A DNA stretch of 63,701 nt, filler included, from Octopus bimaculoides (GCF_001194135.2; 6 parts of 6 records of this genome joined end to end with filler, not necessarily neighbours in it); one strand, 5' to 3'; shown: positions 11,261 to 25,699, numbered from the whole stretch's first letter. Notes: generated by a model not told the origin, from the letters alone. Made by a program: numbers and translations.

Positions 11261-12953
11261 CGTCTATATATATATATGTATAGAGAGAGAGGGGGGAGAT
11301 AGAAAGATAGATAAATATACGCATTCATGCACAGCCAAACGCTCCTACAGATATATGCGTCTATGTGTCGATGTGAGTGCGAATTGAGAGGGATGACATG
11401 ATTTGCGAATAGACACTGTAGTTAACACGCAAAAGCAGATTACTTGCAGCATTATTCCAGTAACATGCGCTCTGATTTCAAATATGTAGGAAGTAATAAT
11501 TTTTTTTCTCCTTCCGAAATCTTTTAAACAGGAGAACATTTGAAAACTTTACAGCATCCAAAATGCCTTACTTCCTCCTCCTGTTCCTATTCTGGATTGA
11601 AATCCCACTGTGGAGTGCTTATGAGTAGATTAAACCCACTGCCCTGTTTAATACAACTACCTAACACTTAGGCTGTGTTCTATCTTTGACATGTATCCAC
11701 AACGGGGTTCGATTTGAAGACAATCTTCCATAATCATTCCCGCCATTTCACAAATTTTCGTGAACTGCTAGTCAGGCGTTATTCAAAGAAGATGCGTACG
11801 CCTGTGTATATTTTGAAGTTGCATAGTCATCAGACACGTACACAACTGAAAGAGGGCCGAAATTAATAACTTCGAAAGAAAACTTTTGAGATAGTTTTGT
11901 CTGCATATTACCTATAATCTTTTGCCACACTCTCCGTTTCAAATGCATTGATCCAATGATTGGTTCTTTGGAAACCATTAACCAAGTAAGCTATTGTTCA
12001 CGTTTCACCAAATAGAATGAAAATTAAGGATGAGACGAAGTGTTACGAAACTAAAATACCTCTCCAGTTGAATGTTAGGATATTTAATGTTCCTGTTTAA
12101 CAACAAGATCTCTCTATATGTGTGTGAATAGAGCTGTGTAAATAGATCTACTTCATTGCTTAAATGGATGGTTTTGATTTATCAGGAACACTCAGTATGT
12201 GCTCCCTTAACAAGTGCAAATACATTACAAGAGTGAAAGAAAGTTAATGGTAAAGCACATTTATATTCTTTTAAGGAAATGGACATAAATACATAACAGA
12301 TCAGATTAAGTATTTAACCGCTGAGTAAAGCTAATAAACTGTAATTCGTTGCATTATTTTTTCTTCCCGTTTTCGCTTGCAAAAATATTAGCGTAATTCT
12401 ACAATGCACTGAAGCTAACGACCGCATTAATATTTCTTCCGTTCAACGAATTTAAAACTGCTATGCACATTTACTTTTGTAGTGTTCATCCTCTTTTGTA
12501 GTGAGTGTATTACGTATAAAGCGCGAGTCTCAAGATATCACGTAAGCAGAAAGAAAAATTACAATATTAAAAAGCTATTAAGCTAAATCGAAAATGAATT
12601 ATAGTATGCTTAAAGTAACTAATTAAAAATATACGTCAATATAGACTTAAATAGGTATATCTCGTACACAAAAAAAGAAAAAGTTGAGAAAAGGGCCCTA
12701 GACTACATCCTTTACAAATATATCCGCTTATTTCGTGATTACTTTTAATAGAAATTCAACAGGATTAGCTACAAATGCTGCAGATCAATAAGTAATCATA
12801 TTAAGAATGTATTAGTATATGTGTGTGTATATATATNNNNNNNNNNNNNNNNNNNNNNNNNNNNNNNNNNNNNNNNNNNNNNNNNNNNNNNNNNNNNNNN
12901 NNNNNNNNNNNNNNNNNNNNNNNNNNNNNNNNNNNNNNNNNNNNNNNNNNNNN

Positions 12954-12999
<46 letters not shown>

Positions 13000-14549
13000 G
13001 TATATATAAACACACATATATACTTGTATCGTGTATAGAATACTTGACTAAATATTCCAATTATTAATCTGCATTCATCTAATGTAATAAGGTTGGGAAT
13101 TATAAGGGAAGTACTTACGTGTAAATATAAAACATCATTTTTCGCTACGAATTGAAGGTTCATATCTAAAGTTTGCCTTATTGGTGAATTAAGTTTATGG
13201 ATATTATCAACCCAGGATTATTATGTTACAGACTAATTCATATATCAAATTACGAATATTTATAAATTTGGAAGGTCAGTCATCATATCAATAGTTTTAT
13301 ATTATTTTTTATATTTTATAAAATTATAAATCACGAACATCACTGATGGCAACTCAATGGATTATACCTTGCTTGACGAAATTGCATGATAGTAACTAAT
13401 CTTTTAAGAAATTGTCTTTCTCATATGCAGGACTCCACATTGAATAATCATTGAGAGCAGGTCGCAGCAGAAGTAAAATTGATGTGTTGTAAAACTTAAG
13501 CTGTGTTACAACTCTCTCCTCTTTTAAATTATCACGATGGACGATGCAGAAATAAGCTGCAACAGATGCCCTGATAAAATTTATATACTCCCGAAACCAC
13601 TATGCGTTTCCAAAATGCTGAAGAAATATAGATAATAATCTGAAAAATGTAATCTACGTTGATCATCTTCTAGATTTTATTGACGTTGGTATGATAAAAA
13701 ATGGATATAGCCTTCCATTACGCACATTGATTGTTCCAAAACCGCATAATATCGACGTCTTTGTATGAAGTAAAATCAGAGTTAATATATATGTCAGATC
13801 AATACACACATATATTCTTCTACGTTGGCAGTACAACATTGCTTGCAGTGTAAGCAAAAGTTAGCCCCAGTAAATGAGTTATATATTATGTAGATGCACA
13901 GTTAAACGAAGAGCTGCCACACACAATGAAGGTTCTCAATTATTCTATGTATCTCTCGAGTTGGGGATTATATTACACACGATATGCGACATTTCCAATG
14001 ACTTTACCCTTTTTTCTATTAATGGTCTCGTGGGAGCATATGTAATGCTTTGATAGTTTTTCTGCAATACATGTGCATGTCTGATGCTATGGTGTGTTAT
14101 AGTTCACTTTATCTAATGTGTTATTTGTGGTTTGTAAGAAGAGAACACAATCGATTTGTTATATACTAATTTAAACCTGTTATTGTAGTACCAGTTCCTA
14201 GATGATTTATGTACATTTGGCGTACCAGAAACTTCAGTGACAGAGCGTACGCATTTTGTGTGTATGATCGAATCTGTGAATGGGTTTCTACGCAAGATGC
14301 GTGAGGATGTGAAGAGTTCATGTAGATATAATCCCTTTGGTATTCCATTCAGAAAATTACTGGCTTTAGAAATACTAATCTTGAATAGTGTATAATTTTG
14401 GCACCTTATCAGTCAGTTTACTCTGTAAATCTGTGATGCTTCTATTGATTGAGCTTGTTATTATTATATGCAAGAAGCCGTCAAGCGGGCAGAGATTTTA
14501 CGCATGAGAAAAATGCTTTGCAGCATTTCTTCCGAGTTTACATTCTTAA

Positions 14550-14680
14550 CCGAATGTTGCTGTGGTCGATAACTTTGCTTTCATCCTTCCGAGGTCAATA
14601 ACAGTTGAGTACAGTGGTCAATGTGATCGACTTACCCCTTTCCCCGAAACTGCTGATTTTGTGGGAAAATTTGAAAGCCA
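14550..14680 (+). mobile_element. tRNA-derived SINE fragment (OR-like family)
   Basis: CTTTGCTTTCATCCTTCCGAGGTCAATAA...GTTGAGTAC..GGTCAATGTGATCGACTTACCCC; related copies at 29887 and 36760. Confidence 0.7.
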
Positions 14681-15244
14681 TGATTATATGGAGGAATAAT
14701 GAAGTTGGTGTCGAAAGCCTTGGTAAGTCGACAGGAATCAGAATGGTTTATGTCTACAAAATATTTGAGGCAAACGTCTGTTCTCTACCTTAGGTTTGTT
14801 ACTAAGTTACAAGGTGAAAACTCACGAGATTATTTCGAGAGAATTATGTATGAGTTACTAAAGTCATGGATGAGAATACCTTAGAATGTTATAGGGCTTC
14901 CACTAGAAAGTAATATGCTTGTGTCATGATCATTCATTATATTCGTGCTCTACAATTATTACATTTTACCTAGTTCTCAGGTTCTAGGAATTTAACTGCG
15001 GTGTTTATACGATTAGTTGCTATATTGCTACGTTAATGTTGCTGCGTTTTAATTTGATAGTTTAAGTTTCACGCGCTGAAAGTCTATGCTTCACGTTAGT
15101 TTACGAATCTCATTTGTAAGTTCCATACGTAGAAAGTACGTAATTAGACTGTTTTTGTAGAGAAAGAAGTTATTGGGGCTTTCAGTGAAAGCTGGAGTCC
15201 TAGGAGCTCGGTTTACTGTTATTCAGATTGATTTCTATTTTTAG

Positions 15245-15265
15245 GGAATGTGAACGTCGTATATG
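15245..15265 (+). other. Candidate 21-nt microexon
   Basis: tttctatttttag|GGAATGTGAACGTCGTATATG|gtaaga; length divisible by 3; open in two of three frames. Confidence 0.25.
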
Positions 15266-16624
15266 GTAAGAAAAAATTCAATTCCATGCAAATGTTTGTT
15301 TGATCTTTTTAAGTAATTTTAAGATGCTTCTATTGTAATCTTTAGTGTAGAGCAATACTTGTAAATATATTCTATGCAGGTCAGTAGCTATGTAAATGGA
15401 GTTAATTATACTTGTATCTATCTGTATTGTTCACTTGTTCATTTTAGTGATACTTTCATATATTCTACAAAGCCACGTATTTTCATGGGTATTTGAAAAT
15501 TAGATTGTTTCTGAGTGTCTGTGGAAATGATTTTTATACTTTCTATGATACATTATATATTTAAAAAACTTTAATGGGGAAATTCGTAGTCAATGCATTC
15601 TCCTGGTATGTGTACAGGCTGAGATATCTACTTCTGTGTGTGAAGAAACTATCGTTGGGCCAGCATTCTAGTCATGATAAAACTCTCTCTGTTTCTTTCT
15701 ACCATATTTTCAGTATTAACTGATCCTTAATATCTTAACGAACATCGTGTCGAATTTGTAGCGATTTTTAGAAAACGACAGACAATGTGGGATTTTCGTT
15801 AACTGTTGAACGTGCTAGCGATTTTCGACTGATACGTAATCTGTAGAAGAAAAACGAGTAGGTCTTGAAATTATTTAATCTAAAGTTATAAACATAAACA
15901 AATGTGACTTGTATATTATTATTATTTTTTCCAAATAGAAATATTCAAACTGAAATACAGGATTTCGAAAAATATTAGTAACATGCATTGTTTCAAACCA
16001 TATTAAGTAAAGCCAAGCGTATCATATACCACAATTTTATAATGGCTTTGCATGCATATATATTCGTAAGGAGACATACTCAAAATGATAATAGGCTCAA
16101 CCGATTTGTCTAGCTTTGAGTCAATTTGAAGTTTATTTTATAAATATACGCTTCAAGTTTGGATACCACTCTGAAATATTTTGATACGGTTTTTACCACA
16201 TCATTCGGTAAACTCACATCTTATTAGTTAATCTGGTTAGAAAGTTCGTATATAGAGGGTAGTAAAGCAACCTCTACAAGAAATTTCATGTCGAATCTTG
16301 TCACACCAAAATTACATTAACGATAGACTTTTGAATGAAATATTCACCACTTTCCAATTTCAATTTGTATTAAAAGTTGGTTCATTTGATAAATGAAATA
16401 GATTCTTATTCATCAAATCTCACAGAAGAATATAATATATTATATTATGTTTGTGAGCGTGTGTTTGTGGAGCAACTCCTTAAACATGTAACAATGTATT
16501 TCAGCAGATTCACTTTAATACCATTACACCAGATGTCAGCATAGATTTCAAGAGAACTTAGCCCTTACTGTATTCGTAGAGATGCAGAGACATTCATACA
16601 TGCGCAGTTACTCACTATCGCTTT

Positions 16625-16647
16625 CTCACTCAGTCTCAGTCTCTCTC

Positions 16648-16678
<31 letters not shown>

Positions 16679-16837
16679 TCTATGTAATTTTATGTAATTT
16701 TACATATATATGAACAATTTAGCATCTATCTAAAAGATTATTCGAAACCTTNNNNNNNNNNNNNNNNNNNNNNNNNNNNNNNNNNNNNNNNNNNNNNNNN
16801 NNNNNNNNNNNNNNNNNACTCAGTCTCAGTCTCTCTC

Positions 16838-16868
<31 letters not shown>

Positions 16869-16941
16869 TCTATGTAATTTTATGTAATTTTACATATATA
16901 TGAACAATTTAGCATCTATCTAAAAGATTATTCGAAACCTT
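16625..16941. other. Assembly artefact: ~125 bp duplicated across a gap
   Basis: 16625-16751 is identical to 16818-16941. Confidence 0.85.
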
Positions 16942-17085
16942 TTGAGAATATGAAAAGATTTTGCACCGTTGTCGGTGTTTCTGGTATTCTTATATACTAG
17001 CTACAAGTTGTATGGTGTATATATATACCTACACACATGTACACACACACACAAACATACAGTATATATATATATATTGCAACGT

Positions 17086-17625
17086 CCTTGCACAGGGGCC
17101 ATCCGGACTCCAGTTTGCGTCGTGCATAGGAATTAATATTCTCTCTTGGCACCTTTGAGCCAAATGGCTTCAACTCTCCTCCCCTCTTCATCTAACCTCC
17201 TCCCCTCTCCTCTCTCCCTCTCACACCTACTGCCTCCCACCCACCTTCTCCCTTCACACCATCACGCACACACTAGCACTAACCACTTCCCAGCCCCACA
17301 TCCACCCACCTACACAGACACAAACGCACACGTCAAGGTCACCAGCCCTCTTCCACACGCACATACATGCTCTCTTATACACACGCACACGCACCTTCGG
17401 TTTGGGATCACCGCCACTTTATTATCCCCCATTCTTCCTAGCTCTCCTGTGTGACTCATCTGTCCGGCATTCGCCATGATAAATCGCTAGCCACTACAAA
17501 TTCTTTATTTTCTCTCCTTGGTTCTTTCCCTGTTTCTTTCTGTGGAAGAGCGTAGGCGCGAAACGTTAAAGACATTTTCGCTTCCCAAACGTTAAATTAA
17601 TACATCTGTTTGTTGTCTAAACCAC
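17086..17625 (+). mobile_element. PLE 3' end and UTR (same family as 5440-6430)
   Basis: LHRGHPDSSLRRA*ELIFSLGTFEPNGFNSPPLFI* followed by a C-rich UTR and a hammerhead-like motif. Confidence 0.85.
17535..17572 (+). ncRNA. Degenerate minimal type I hammerhead-ribozyme-like motif
   Basis: Stem I TCTTT/AAAGA; core CTGTGGAAGA (non-canonical); stem II GCG-TAGG-CGC; then GAAAC-GTT with a palindromic ACGT stem III. Confidence 0.45.
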
Positions 17626-17667
17626 CTCTCTCCGTCTTTTTTTATATATATACACATCTAGTACACT

Positions 17668-17830
17668 GTGTTGCAGTGGGAGAGGAGGACATTTGTTGCC
17701 AGGTCTTCTTGGATGAAAATTTCTATACCTCCTTGTTTCCGTATTCTGTGGTCAGTTCTGAGCAATACACAACCCGATATATCTACTTCCACATCCAATA
17801 TGTCTAGGGTCAGGTGCATTTCATTTAGTG
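17668..17830 (-). mobile_element. CR1/L2-like LINE AP-endonuclease fragment
   Basis: HLTLDILDVEVDISGCVLLRTDHRIRKQGGIEIFIQEDL resembles THL..I.D.EI.I.GY.LFR.DR..R.GGGV.IYI. Confidence 0.75.
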
Positions 17831-18555
17831 TTACACATATTGTGCTTTAACGGAAGTGTCAGTCCTTTGCTAAGAGCCCATTCTTTTGTACCAGCAATTT
17901 AAACATCCACGCTAGTTATATATCTCCACGGTGGAATGACAGAAAAATAACATTATTGGTGCACTTGTTGATGGAATTCTTAGACACTCATATGTTAGTT
18001 TCACAATTATGCATTCATTTACTCGAATAAACATATAGTCATCATGTGAATTGTCGAAAAATCCACAACTATTAGTAATTCGATATAGAATCGCGTAGCA
18101 ATTTGTAGCATAGAAATATAATAATATAAGTGGAAATCTGGCTGTAATTTCCAGCAAGCACAGTCGTGAAAGAAGAAACGATGTATTGTTGGCTTCAGAC
18201 GGGACGGTAGAATATATAGATGTATTAAATATAAATGCACCAATAATTATATACGATGATTTTCTTTAAACAGAGAATATAATTAATATTGATATGCATT
18301 AGATAATGGAAATTATATTAGATGCAAATGTAATTATCAGTAGGATAATTAGTTGTAATTTTTTAAAGGTTGTGTTGCATATATTTGTAGGAAAATAATT
18401 GAAGTTTGGAATATATCTGAATTTGACTAAAGAATGTAAACACTACGAATTATGATTGAATACATTTCATACATACATACATACATACATACATACATAC
18501 ATAAAGTCACACACACTTATACATATATATGTGTGTGTGTGTGTNNNNNNNNNNN

Positions 18556-18588
<33 letters not shown>

Positions 18589-19218
18589 GAATGCAAACAC
18601 ACAAACACACAGACTCGTGTACACTCAGGAACACACACATATAATGTAGTAGGATCAATTGAGTGATAGCGGTAAAACGCAGCTTGCTATCCTCCAGTAT
18701 AAGCAATGCCTGTATGGAAAATACAGAAGACGCGTTAACTGACCAGTTAAAATTATTAATCAATGCATCAAATAGAATTCGTCATAGATAGAGATTTGAT
18801 AGAAAATTCCCCTAAGATGACAGGTGCTAAGATTTTGAAAGCAATAAACACTGGTTATAATTCAATATTTGAATCCGTAAATAATCAGCTTCAAATGTCA
18901 GTTGGGTTCCATAGGTGTTTCAGAAGTATACAAAGTAAATCTTAGGTAACTTTATGAATGCCTTGTAGCCGTGCCGTGTACGTCTTCGTCAGTTTCATAG
19001 GACAGTCTTGTTGAAAATAGTTCGCCGTAATGAAGAATACAAAAGAAGGCTAGGCTATAAGAAAGAATAAAAAGTGGGAGTGGAAAACCGAATCTCTAAA
19101 GACCCAATAGCGTACTCGACACACCAATTACTTTAGTGAGAAAGATAGGTGTTTGGTTTCATTTCCTTATCAGGTTACTCATATTATTGTATCATGCTGT
19201 ACTAGCTGCAGTGGATTG

Positions 19219-20345
19219 TACGAGGTAGTATCAAAGTTTTCTCGGACTAATTATGTTTAAAGAATATTTACCTAAATTTTAACACCAACTGCTTCGAAAT
19301 TGTCACCTTGCACACCAATACACCGGTCCCAGCGTTCCTGTCACTTTTGGAATTCAGCCTGGAAGTCGTTTTCCATAAGCGAATCAAGGGCCTTCTGCGA
19401 TTCGTTCTGGATCTCGACGTTATTAAAACAGTGACCTTGGAGGTGTATTTTCATCTTGAGGAAGACACGGCAGTCCGCAGGTGCTTAAAGCTGGCGAATA
19501 CAGAAGGTGCAGTAGCAATGTTATGTTGTTTTTGGTGAGAAACTTACGTTTGAGGAGAGTTCGAGGACGGAGTGCATTTTTTGTCCTGAAGAAACCAATT
19601 CTTCGCGCTCCACAGAATCGGTCACTTTCACCAAATATCCTCCTTCAAATGTCTCAAACCGTCGCAGTAGGAGTCTCGATTGACAATCTGAGACTCGGAA
19701 AGGATTTCTGGATGCTCAACATCGCAGATGTTGAAAGAAAGCGATAAACCTGCTCTTGATGGAGCTGTGACTGTATCGTGCCTTCTTAGGTACTGGAGAT
19801 CCAGGCCTCTTCCATTACGACAACTGCTGATCCGTGTCACGGTCGTACCTGTAGACCTAACTCTCGTCACCGGTGATGATCCTCGACATGAAGGATGAGT
19901 CAACAGCGGCACGCTGACGGAAATCTGGACAGATTTCGATGCAATGTTCTTTCTGCTCTCTGGTCAATAGGCGGGGGACAAACTTTTCAGAGACACGCTG
20001 CATATTTAATTCAGACGTTAGGATTGACTGCACAGACCCACACGACAGACAGACAAAAACAGCAATATTATTGATTGTCTTCCGATGATCCTCATGTCCC
20101 ACCTGATAAATTTTCTCCACATTTCCGAGGGTGAGTCTTGTGGCAGGTCTATTAAATCGCTTATCATCTTCGGGGAAAGGCCTTCTGCTTTTCAAGCGCC
20201 CGTGCTACTCGAGACGTTGCGTACGACCCATTATATCGTGACCGTGAGATTCCCGAAGTATGCTCACTGACTCTGTTGTAGACATCCCAGGTTTAACGAA
20301 GAATTTGACGTTGGCTCTATGTTCCAACGTCCTGTCCATGACGAG
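19219..20345 (-). mobile_element. Near full-length decayed mariner element
   Basis: MDRTLEHRANVKFFVK...SEKFVPRLLTREQKEH...SRIITGDES*VY.YD...YSPAL(D)APAD..FLKMK...WDRCI..GDNFE. TIR-like TACGAGGTAGTATCAAAGTTTT..CGGACT at 19219; ATG at 20339. Confidence 0.92.
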
Positions 20346-21698
20346 ATAGACAGATAGATATATAGACAGATAGACAGACACATACATACATATATACATA
20401 CATGCATGCACACATACATAATACATACATACATACACACATACATACATACATACATACATACATACATACGAACATATATACATATGGATGTATATGA
20501 ATATATATCTTAAATATTTTCAGTTTTAAATATAGTTTCTCATATGCAGTTTAACAAGTGTATTGTTGAGTGTTTGAAAACAAAGAAGCTGAAATGCTGC
20601 CGTATGTTCATTGCAATGTATGCTCAAAATGTTGTGTCGAGACTAAAACATATAAGTGTGCTTAGAATATACAATTAATAAGAAATGTTCGTAAGATTTT
20701 ACTCTCACATTTGCTGTAGTATTGTTTTACATTATCAATTTGCGTATTTACATAACAATACACTGTTGCTGCATGTCTGGTTTATGGTAGTCTGTTACAA
20801 CATATCGTTTTTTTTTTCTCTTTTACAATAGATGTTGACCATTTTTCATGGTGCAGATGCCTTAGAATTCGTTGCATTCTATATTTTATATTTAATTTCT
20901 CTGTTCCTTCTTTCTAATCGCGGTATCACTGAGTATTTCTGTCGCTCCGTTGTCTCGTTTTGTCTTTTGGATTCTGTCGACTTGTTTTTGATAATGTTAT
21001 TCATTTTGGATATCTTGTTAGTCTAAAGTCTAGAAATTAGTACGTTAGTACAACGAAACGGAATAGAGTTGAGCTCGTATCATTATACATATATATGTTT
21101 ATACTTTATAAAGCATCTTAATCTACGTTAGTACATGAGTAATGATTTAGATCAACGTACCCTGTGCAGAAGAACTGTGTGCAGGGGAAAGACGTTCTTC
21201 AACGATGCCACTGCATTACAGTAGCAGTAGAAAAAAAACTACCAATTTCTTTTGTCGTTGTCAATGATAAAAAAATAGGTACCTCTTGTTTATACACTCA
21301 CTATTAATTGTAATCACAATATTATTAGTTGTTTTCATTGTTATTATCTTACTCGGTAATAAAAACATCATTATTTGTATTATTAAATCTATTATTCTTT
21401 TAAATTTCTTTCATTTCTTCTATTGAGATCAATCGAAATACATTTAAAGCTTTCATTTTTAACATACATAGACATTCTATGATATTTCCTATGTCCATAT
21501 CTTTAACTAGACTCAGATACTTTGTGCAATGTATGGGAATTAATAATGCTAATATTTCAAAGCAGAACAACGTACTAATTCATGTCTTTGCTATCAAAAC
21601 TGCTGTTTTACTATACGTGGATGTTCTCGAAACGGGCATTTGCTCAAATGAAGGGCATTCAGTTGCAGATTACATTACCAATGTTTACTATATTTGTT

Positions 21699-21808
21699 AG
21701 GCGCAGGAGTGGCTCTGTGGTAAGAATAAGTCCAGGGATTGATTTCTTCGTCTAAAAGGCGGTGCTCCAGCATGGCCCCAGTCAAATAACTGAAAGAAGT
21801 AAAACAAT
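21699..21808 (+). mobile_element. Internally deleted SINE: OK-like head fused directly to the tail module
   Basis: AGGCGCAGGAGTGGCTCTGTGGTAAG joins AATAAGTCC..GGCGGTGCTCCAGCATGGCC..AGTCAAATAACTGAAA. Confidence 0.8.
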
Positions 21809-23949
21809 TTAAAAAATTATAACAGAAAATGTACGGAGGAAAATTTCAGCATGAAGAGCAAAATATCTCTGCCATTTTTCTAGATATTACTCTTTAATGA
21901 TATAGTATTTCTTTTCATTTACATTTAAAATATTCCTGGATAGAAGGATACTTAATTCTAGTATATTGCTATGTTGTTTGCTCTACTTTGAGCATAATAC
22001 TCACATCATTCATTTAGAATTACCGACGAGTGCGGTATATTAAACTATATTATCGTTGATTAGGTTCTTTGCATTCATCATTTTATGTGGTCACCCAACT
22101 TTCTGAGCCAACAAACAAATCAACCTTCGAGAGAAATATGTAACTGAAATATTCTTTTTTTTTTTTAATTAAGCAATCAAAACAAAAGATTATCAATTTC
22201 ATATCATTGTATAAATACAAATGAAAGAAAAAAATATGACACATAAATATACCAAAACAATGCATAGGTAAGTTTTAATGTTTAATTTTTTTTTTGCTTA
22301 CTGCATTTGAAGGAAAGATCAGGGACGATGGTTTTCACACATTGTCTTGACCAATGGGTTGTTGATACCATAAATATCGGTTTTAGAATATTGTCACCAG
22401 TACTCTTATGAAAGATATCAAGGAGGAATTTTAGAAAGGTTCACATTCTAAAAAGTATGGTCTCAGGCAGAAAGTATTGCAGTGATTAGGGCTTTGACAC
22501 AGCAAGGGTGCAGAGAAGGTTCTCCGAAACTAGAAGAGGAATATCTGAGTGGATTTGACATAATTCCAACTAACAACTAGTAGCTGAAGCGGTTAACGTA
22601 ACGGTACAAATAGAGAAATGTGACAGTACAGGTTTAAACGAGTTGCGTTAATGACTTTATACCAATGAAACGGGTGATATATGGTCTAAATTATTTGAGT
22701 TTGCAGCAACAACATATTTCCCGGATCGAAAACACATTTCCATAGTGATACTCACACGAGCATTGTAGATTGTCAAAATTTCAACCGAGAAATTAATTAA
22801 TGGGTTTGATAGACGGGCCAGTCGATGAGATCTCAGTTTTAACTAGGTTACAAGAGTGTATGTATATACGTATGTATGCATGTATATGCATGTATTTATG
22901 TATGTATGTATGTATACATGCATGCATATATGCATCTATGTATGTGTATGTATATATGCATGCATACATGCATCAATGTATGTACATATATATGTATGTA
23001 CGTATGTATGTATGCTTGTATGTATGAATGTATGTATATGTGTATGAGTGCGCATGTGTGCGTGAAAGAGTGCGTGTGTGAATGGTGGTTTCGCTAATAC
23101 GTTCACTATGGAATCATGTATCCTTTGCTTCGATCTTATTGTGCATCTCTTTCGACACAATATTTAACGTAGCTTAGCGTTGACTCAGCTCTGTTTGTGA
23201 AATATGTAATGCAAAATGTGTGAAAAGGCCCAACGGATAGGCTACTTAACTATTTAAATATCTAGCCGTCTTACTCCGTGCTACACCAAAATTATATCCA
23301 ATTTATACGTACCTTTCAATTTATTAAGTTAATCTACATGCTGATTTCATGACTGGGTCAGTTCGACTTGCACATACCATAACTGTCAGGTGTGTGCATC
23401 ATCCAGTAATAGCGCACAAATTCATGCACACATATACATACGCATATATACTTGTGTACATACATATACGTGTATGATACGTAGAATTATACATGTAAAT
23501 GTATATGTACTCGCATACATAAACACACACAACATGCACACACACACACACACACACAAACACAAACATACACAGGCATATATGTATATACGAGACATTG
23601 TGTGTACCTATACGTTTCTGTTCGCATTTCACCGATTTATATAACGGCGAGCATTGTCAAAAGCATCAACAAAGTACTATGATCTTCGAACGTTGCTCCT
23701 CACAATATTTGTTCTGTAGACTGTGAAAGATACGCTTTACTTAATATCAACATTTGAAATGCAGTGGAGCAGTGATTGGGCCAGTAGAAACATATAACCA
23801 ACGAAGCTATTGTTTGCCAATAGTAATATAAAATAAAATTTGAAAAAAACAAACAAACAAGAATTAACCCGAAAGTTAAAACTTGTTGTTACCTTTCCAG
23901 TTTATTAAGAAGTAATATTCCTAACTGGACAAGATTATTAAGGAACAAA

Positions 23950-23980
<31 letters not shown>

Positions 23981-24369
23981 AAGAAAGACAAAAAGCAGCA
24001 ACAGTTAAAATCTAGATGTAGTCTCACGTTAACAAAATGAGAAATAAAATTCTCCTCAACACACGAACGCACGCAAACATCCTCACTCACAAACATACAC
24101 ACATGCAAGCACGCACACAAGCACAAACACACACTGGCTCACACAAGCAAACAAAGATTCAAGACACAGCGTCAAAAAACAAGATAAAATGATGGATAAT
24201 GTGGTCTAGACAGAGCGCGGCTAAAAGATGGAATAGTCGCAGGTGTAAGATTCTGTGTTCAGACGTCAGAATTATTTAATTAGACATACGCATAAACAAC
24301 TCCACAAGAACATGAACAACATTAAGCTGCTCAGCGAAAATCACAAACTTTTTTTAATCTTTTATTTTA

Positions 24370-24490
24370 CATATTTTAAACATAGGCCTGAACATATTTC
24401 ACATATTTTAAACATAGCCCTGAACATATTTTGCATATTTGGATCATAGGCACTGAACTCGGAATCACGTGGTTGTAAAGGAAGCTTCTT
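24370..24490. repeat. 32-bp minisatellite (~2.7 units) merging into a reversed SINE head
   Basis: CATATTTTAAACATAG(G/C)CCTGAACATATTT unit at 24370, 24402 and 24434, then ACTGAACTCGGAATCACGTGGTTG. Confidence 0.75.
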
Positions 24491-25459
24491 ACTACACAGG
24501 CTAATAACGAATAGTAAGATTAAGCGGTCATCACTACATTGATGGATAAATATTCTTCATTTCTGGGTTAACAAGTCCATCGATTCTACAAATGTCTTAA
24601 TGGAGAGGTGAACCTCTATTAATTCTGAAGCCAGCTACAATTCGTCTCCATCTTGGATGTTAATATATATATATATATANNNNNNNNNNCGCTACGCGCG
24701 TTTCGTGGCCAAAATGAAGGTGGAAAATATCTGGCCAATTTAAAATAAATCGATCAAGATAAGTTCCACTCAGAATGAGGACACTCTCCAGGTCTTGTAA
24801 ATTCAATAAACGTATCCTAATATTTAAAAATTCAATGAAATAAAATAGGAAAAAGTAGAAATAACTGTACGTTTAAGCAATTAATAGTACAATACATAAA
24901 ATGTCATGGTTTTATAATAATAATCATCTGTCAAGTTAAAGCCATTGTGCGTCAAATGAAGAAATACTTTCTGAAGATTAAGAATAGGAAAGCATACAAA
25001 AAGATAGGGTTATTAACTATTTAATGAATTCGGGCGTTCAATCCTATTAATAAAAAGAACAACATCACTTATCTTATTGAATATTCTTTGTTGACTATAG
25101 TATTAACCATGAAGCATAGAATGTATACGATGTGTATCTCGTGACAAAATGAAGTCGATTCGTGATCACAAATATTTAACTTTCCATGTAGAATTAAAAT
25201 ATGTAAAACACGTAACAATATGGCGTTATAAAGAGAAGAGGGGAGAAAAACTTATTAAATGACTAAAATGACGAAGTATGTATATAGACAGGGAACCAGA
25301 CAATAGTACGCTATTTAGTGGAAGATAGTATAATAATTCAAGTTTAAGTGATAGGAGCTAAAAATGTAAAAGTATATAAGATACGTAAGATATGCTATAT
25401 TATGAGGAAAAGTTATAATTCGGTGAACTTATTATATGTCTCTGAGTAGTTTGTTTATT

Positions 25460-25690
25460 TGTATTCGAACTCTGTATTATTAACAAAACGTACACACAAA
25501 ACTAAACTTTATTTTCATCTATGAAGTCATTACAATAGCAAGTATTATAAAATAAGGTTTATATAGACCTTTTATTCGAACTAAGTATTGATCACAAAGA
25601 CATCACAACTAACTAAATAAACTTAGTTCCCTTTTTCGAAGTCATTACGAAAGCAAATATTTTAAAATAAGGTTTGTATGAAGATCATCT
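25460..25690. repeat. Two ~113-bp diverged tandem units 3' of the second GIY-YIG element
   Basis: TATTCGAACT..GTATT...GAAGTCATTAC..AGCAA.TATT.TAAAATAAGGTTT occurs twice. Confidence 0.7.
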
Positions 25691-25699
25691 AAGCTTATT

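Noticed and set aside
14189-14395. Open frame YQFLDDLCTFGVPETSVTERTHF... after an acceptor-like site
   Set aside because: Only vague similarity to LTR integrase, and no good donor or recognisable homology.
22380-22600. Possible LINE RT fragment (YGLRQ..AVIRALT..VDLT)
   Set aside because: Motifs are split across frames and too weak to assign.
24690-24760. Minus-strand TGGCCA stem plus GAAAC-GCGC-GTA, resembling the 3' half of a hammerhead
   Set aside because: The CUGANGA core is absent, so a ribozyme cannot be claimed.
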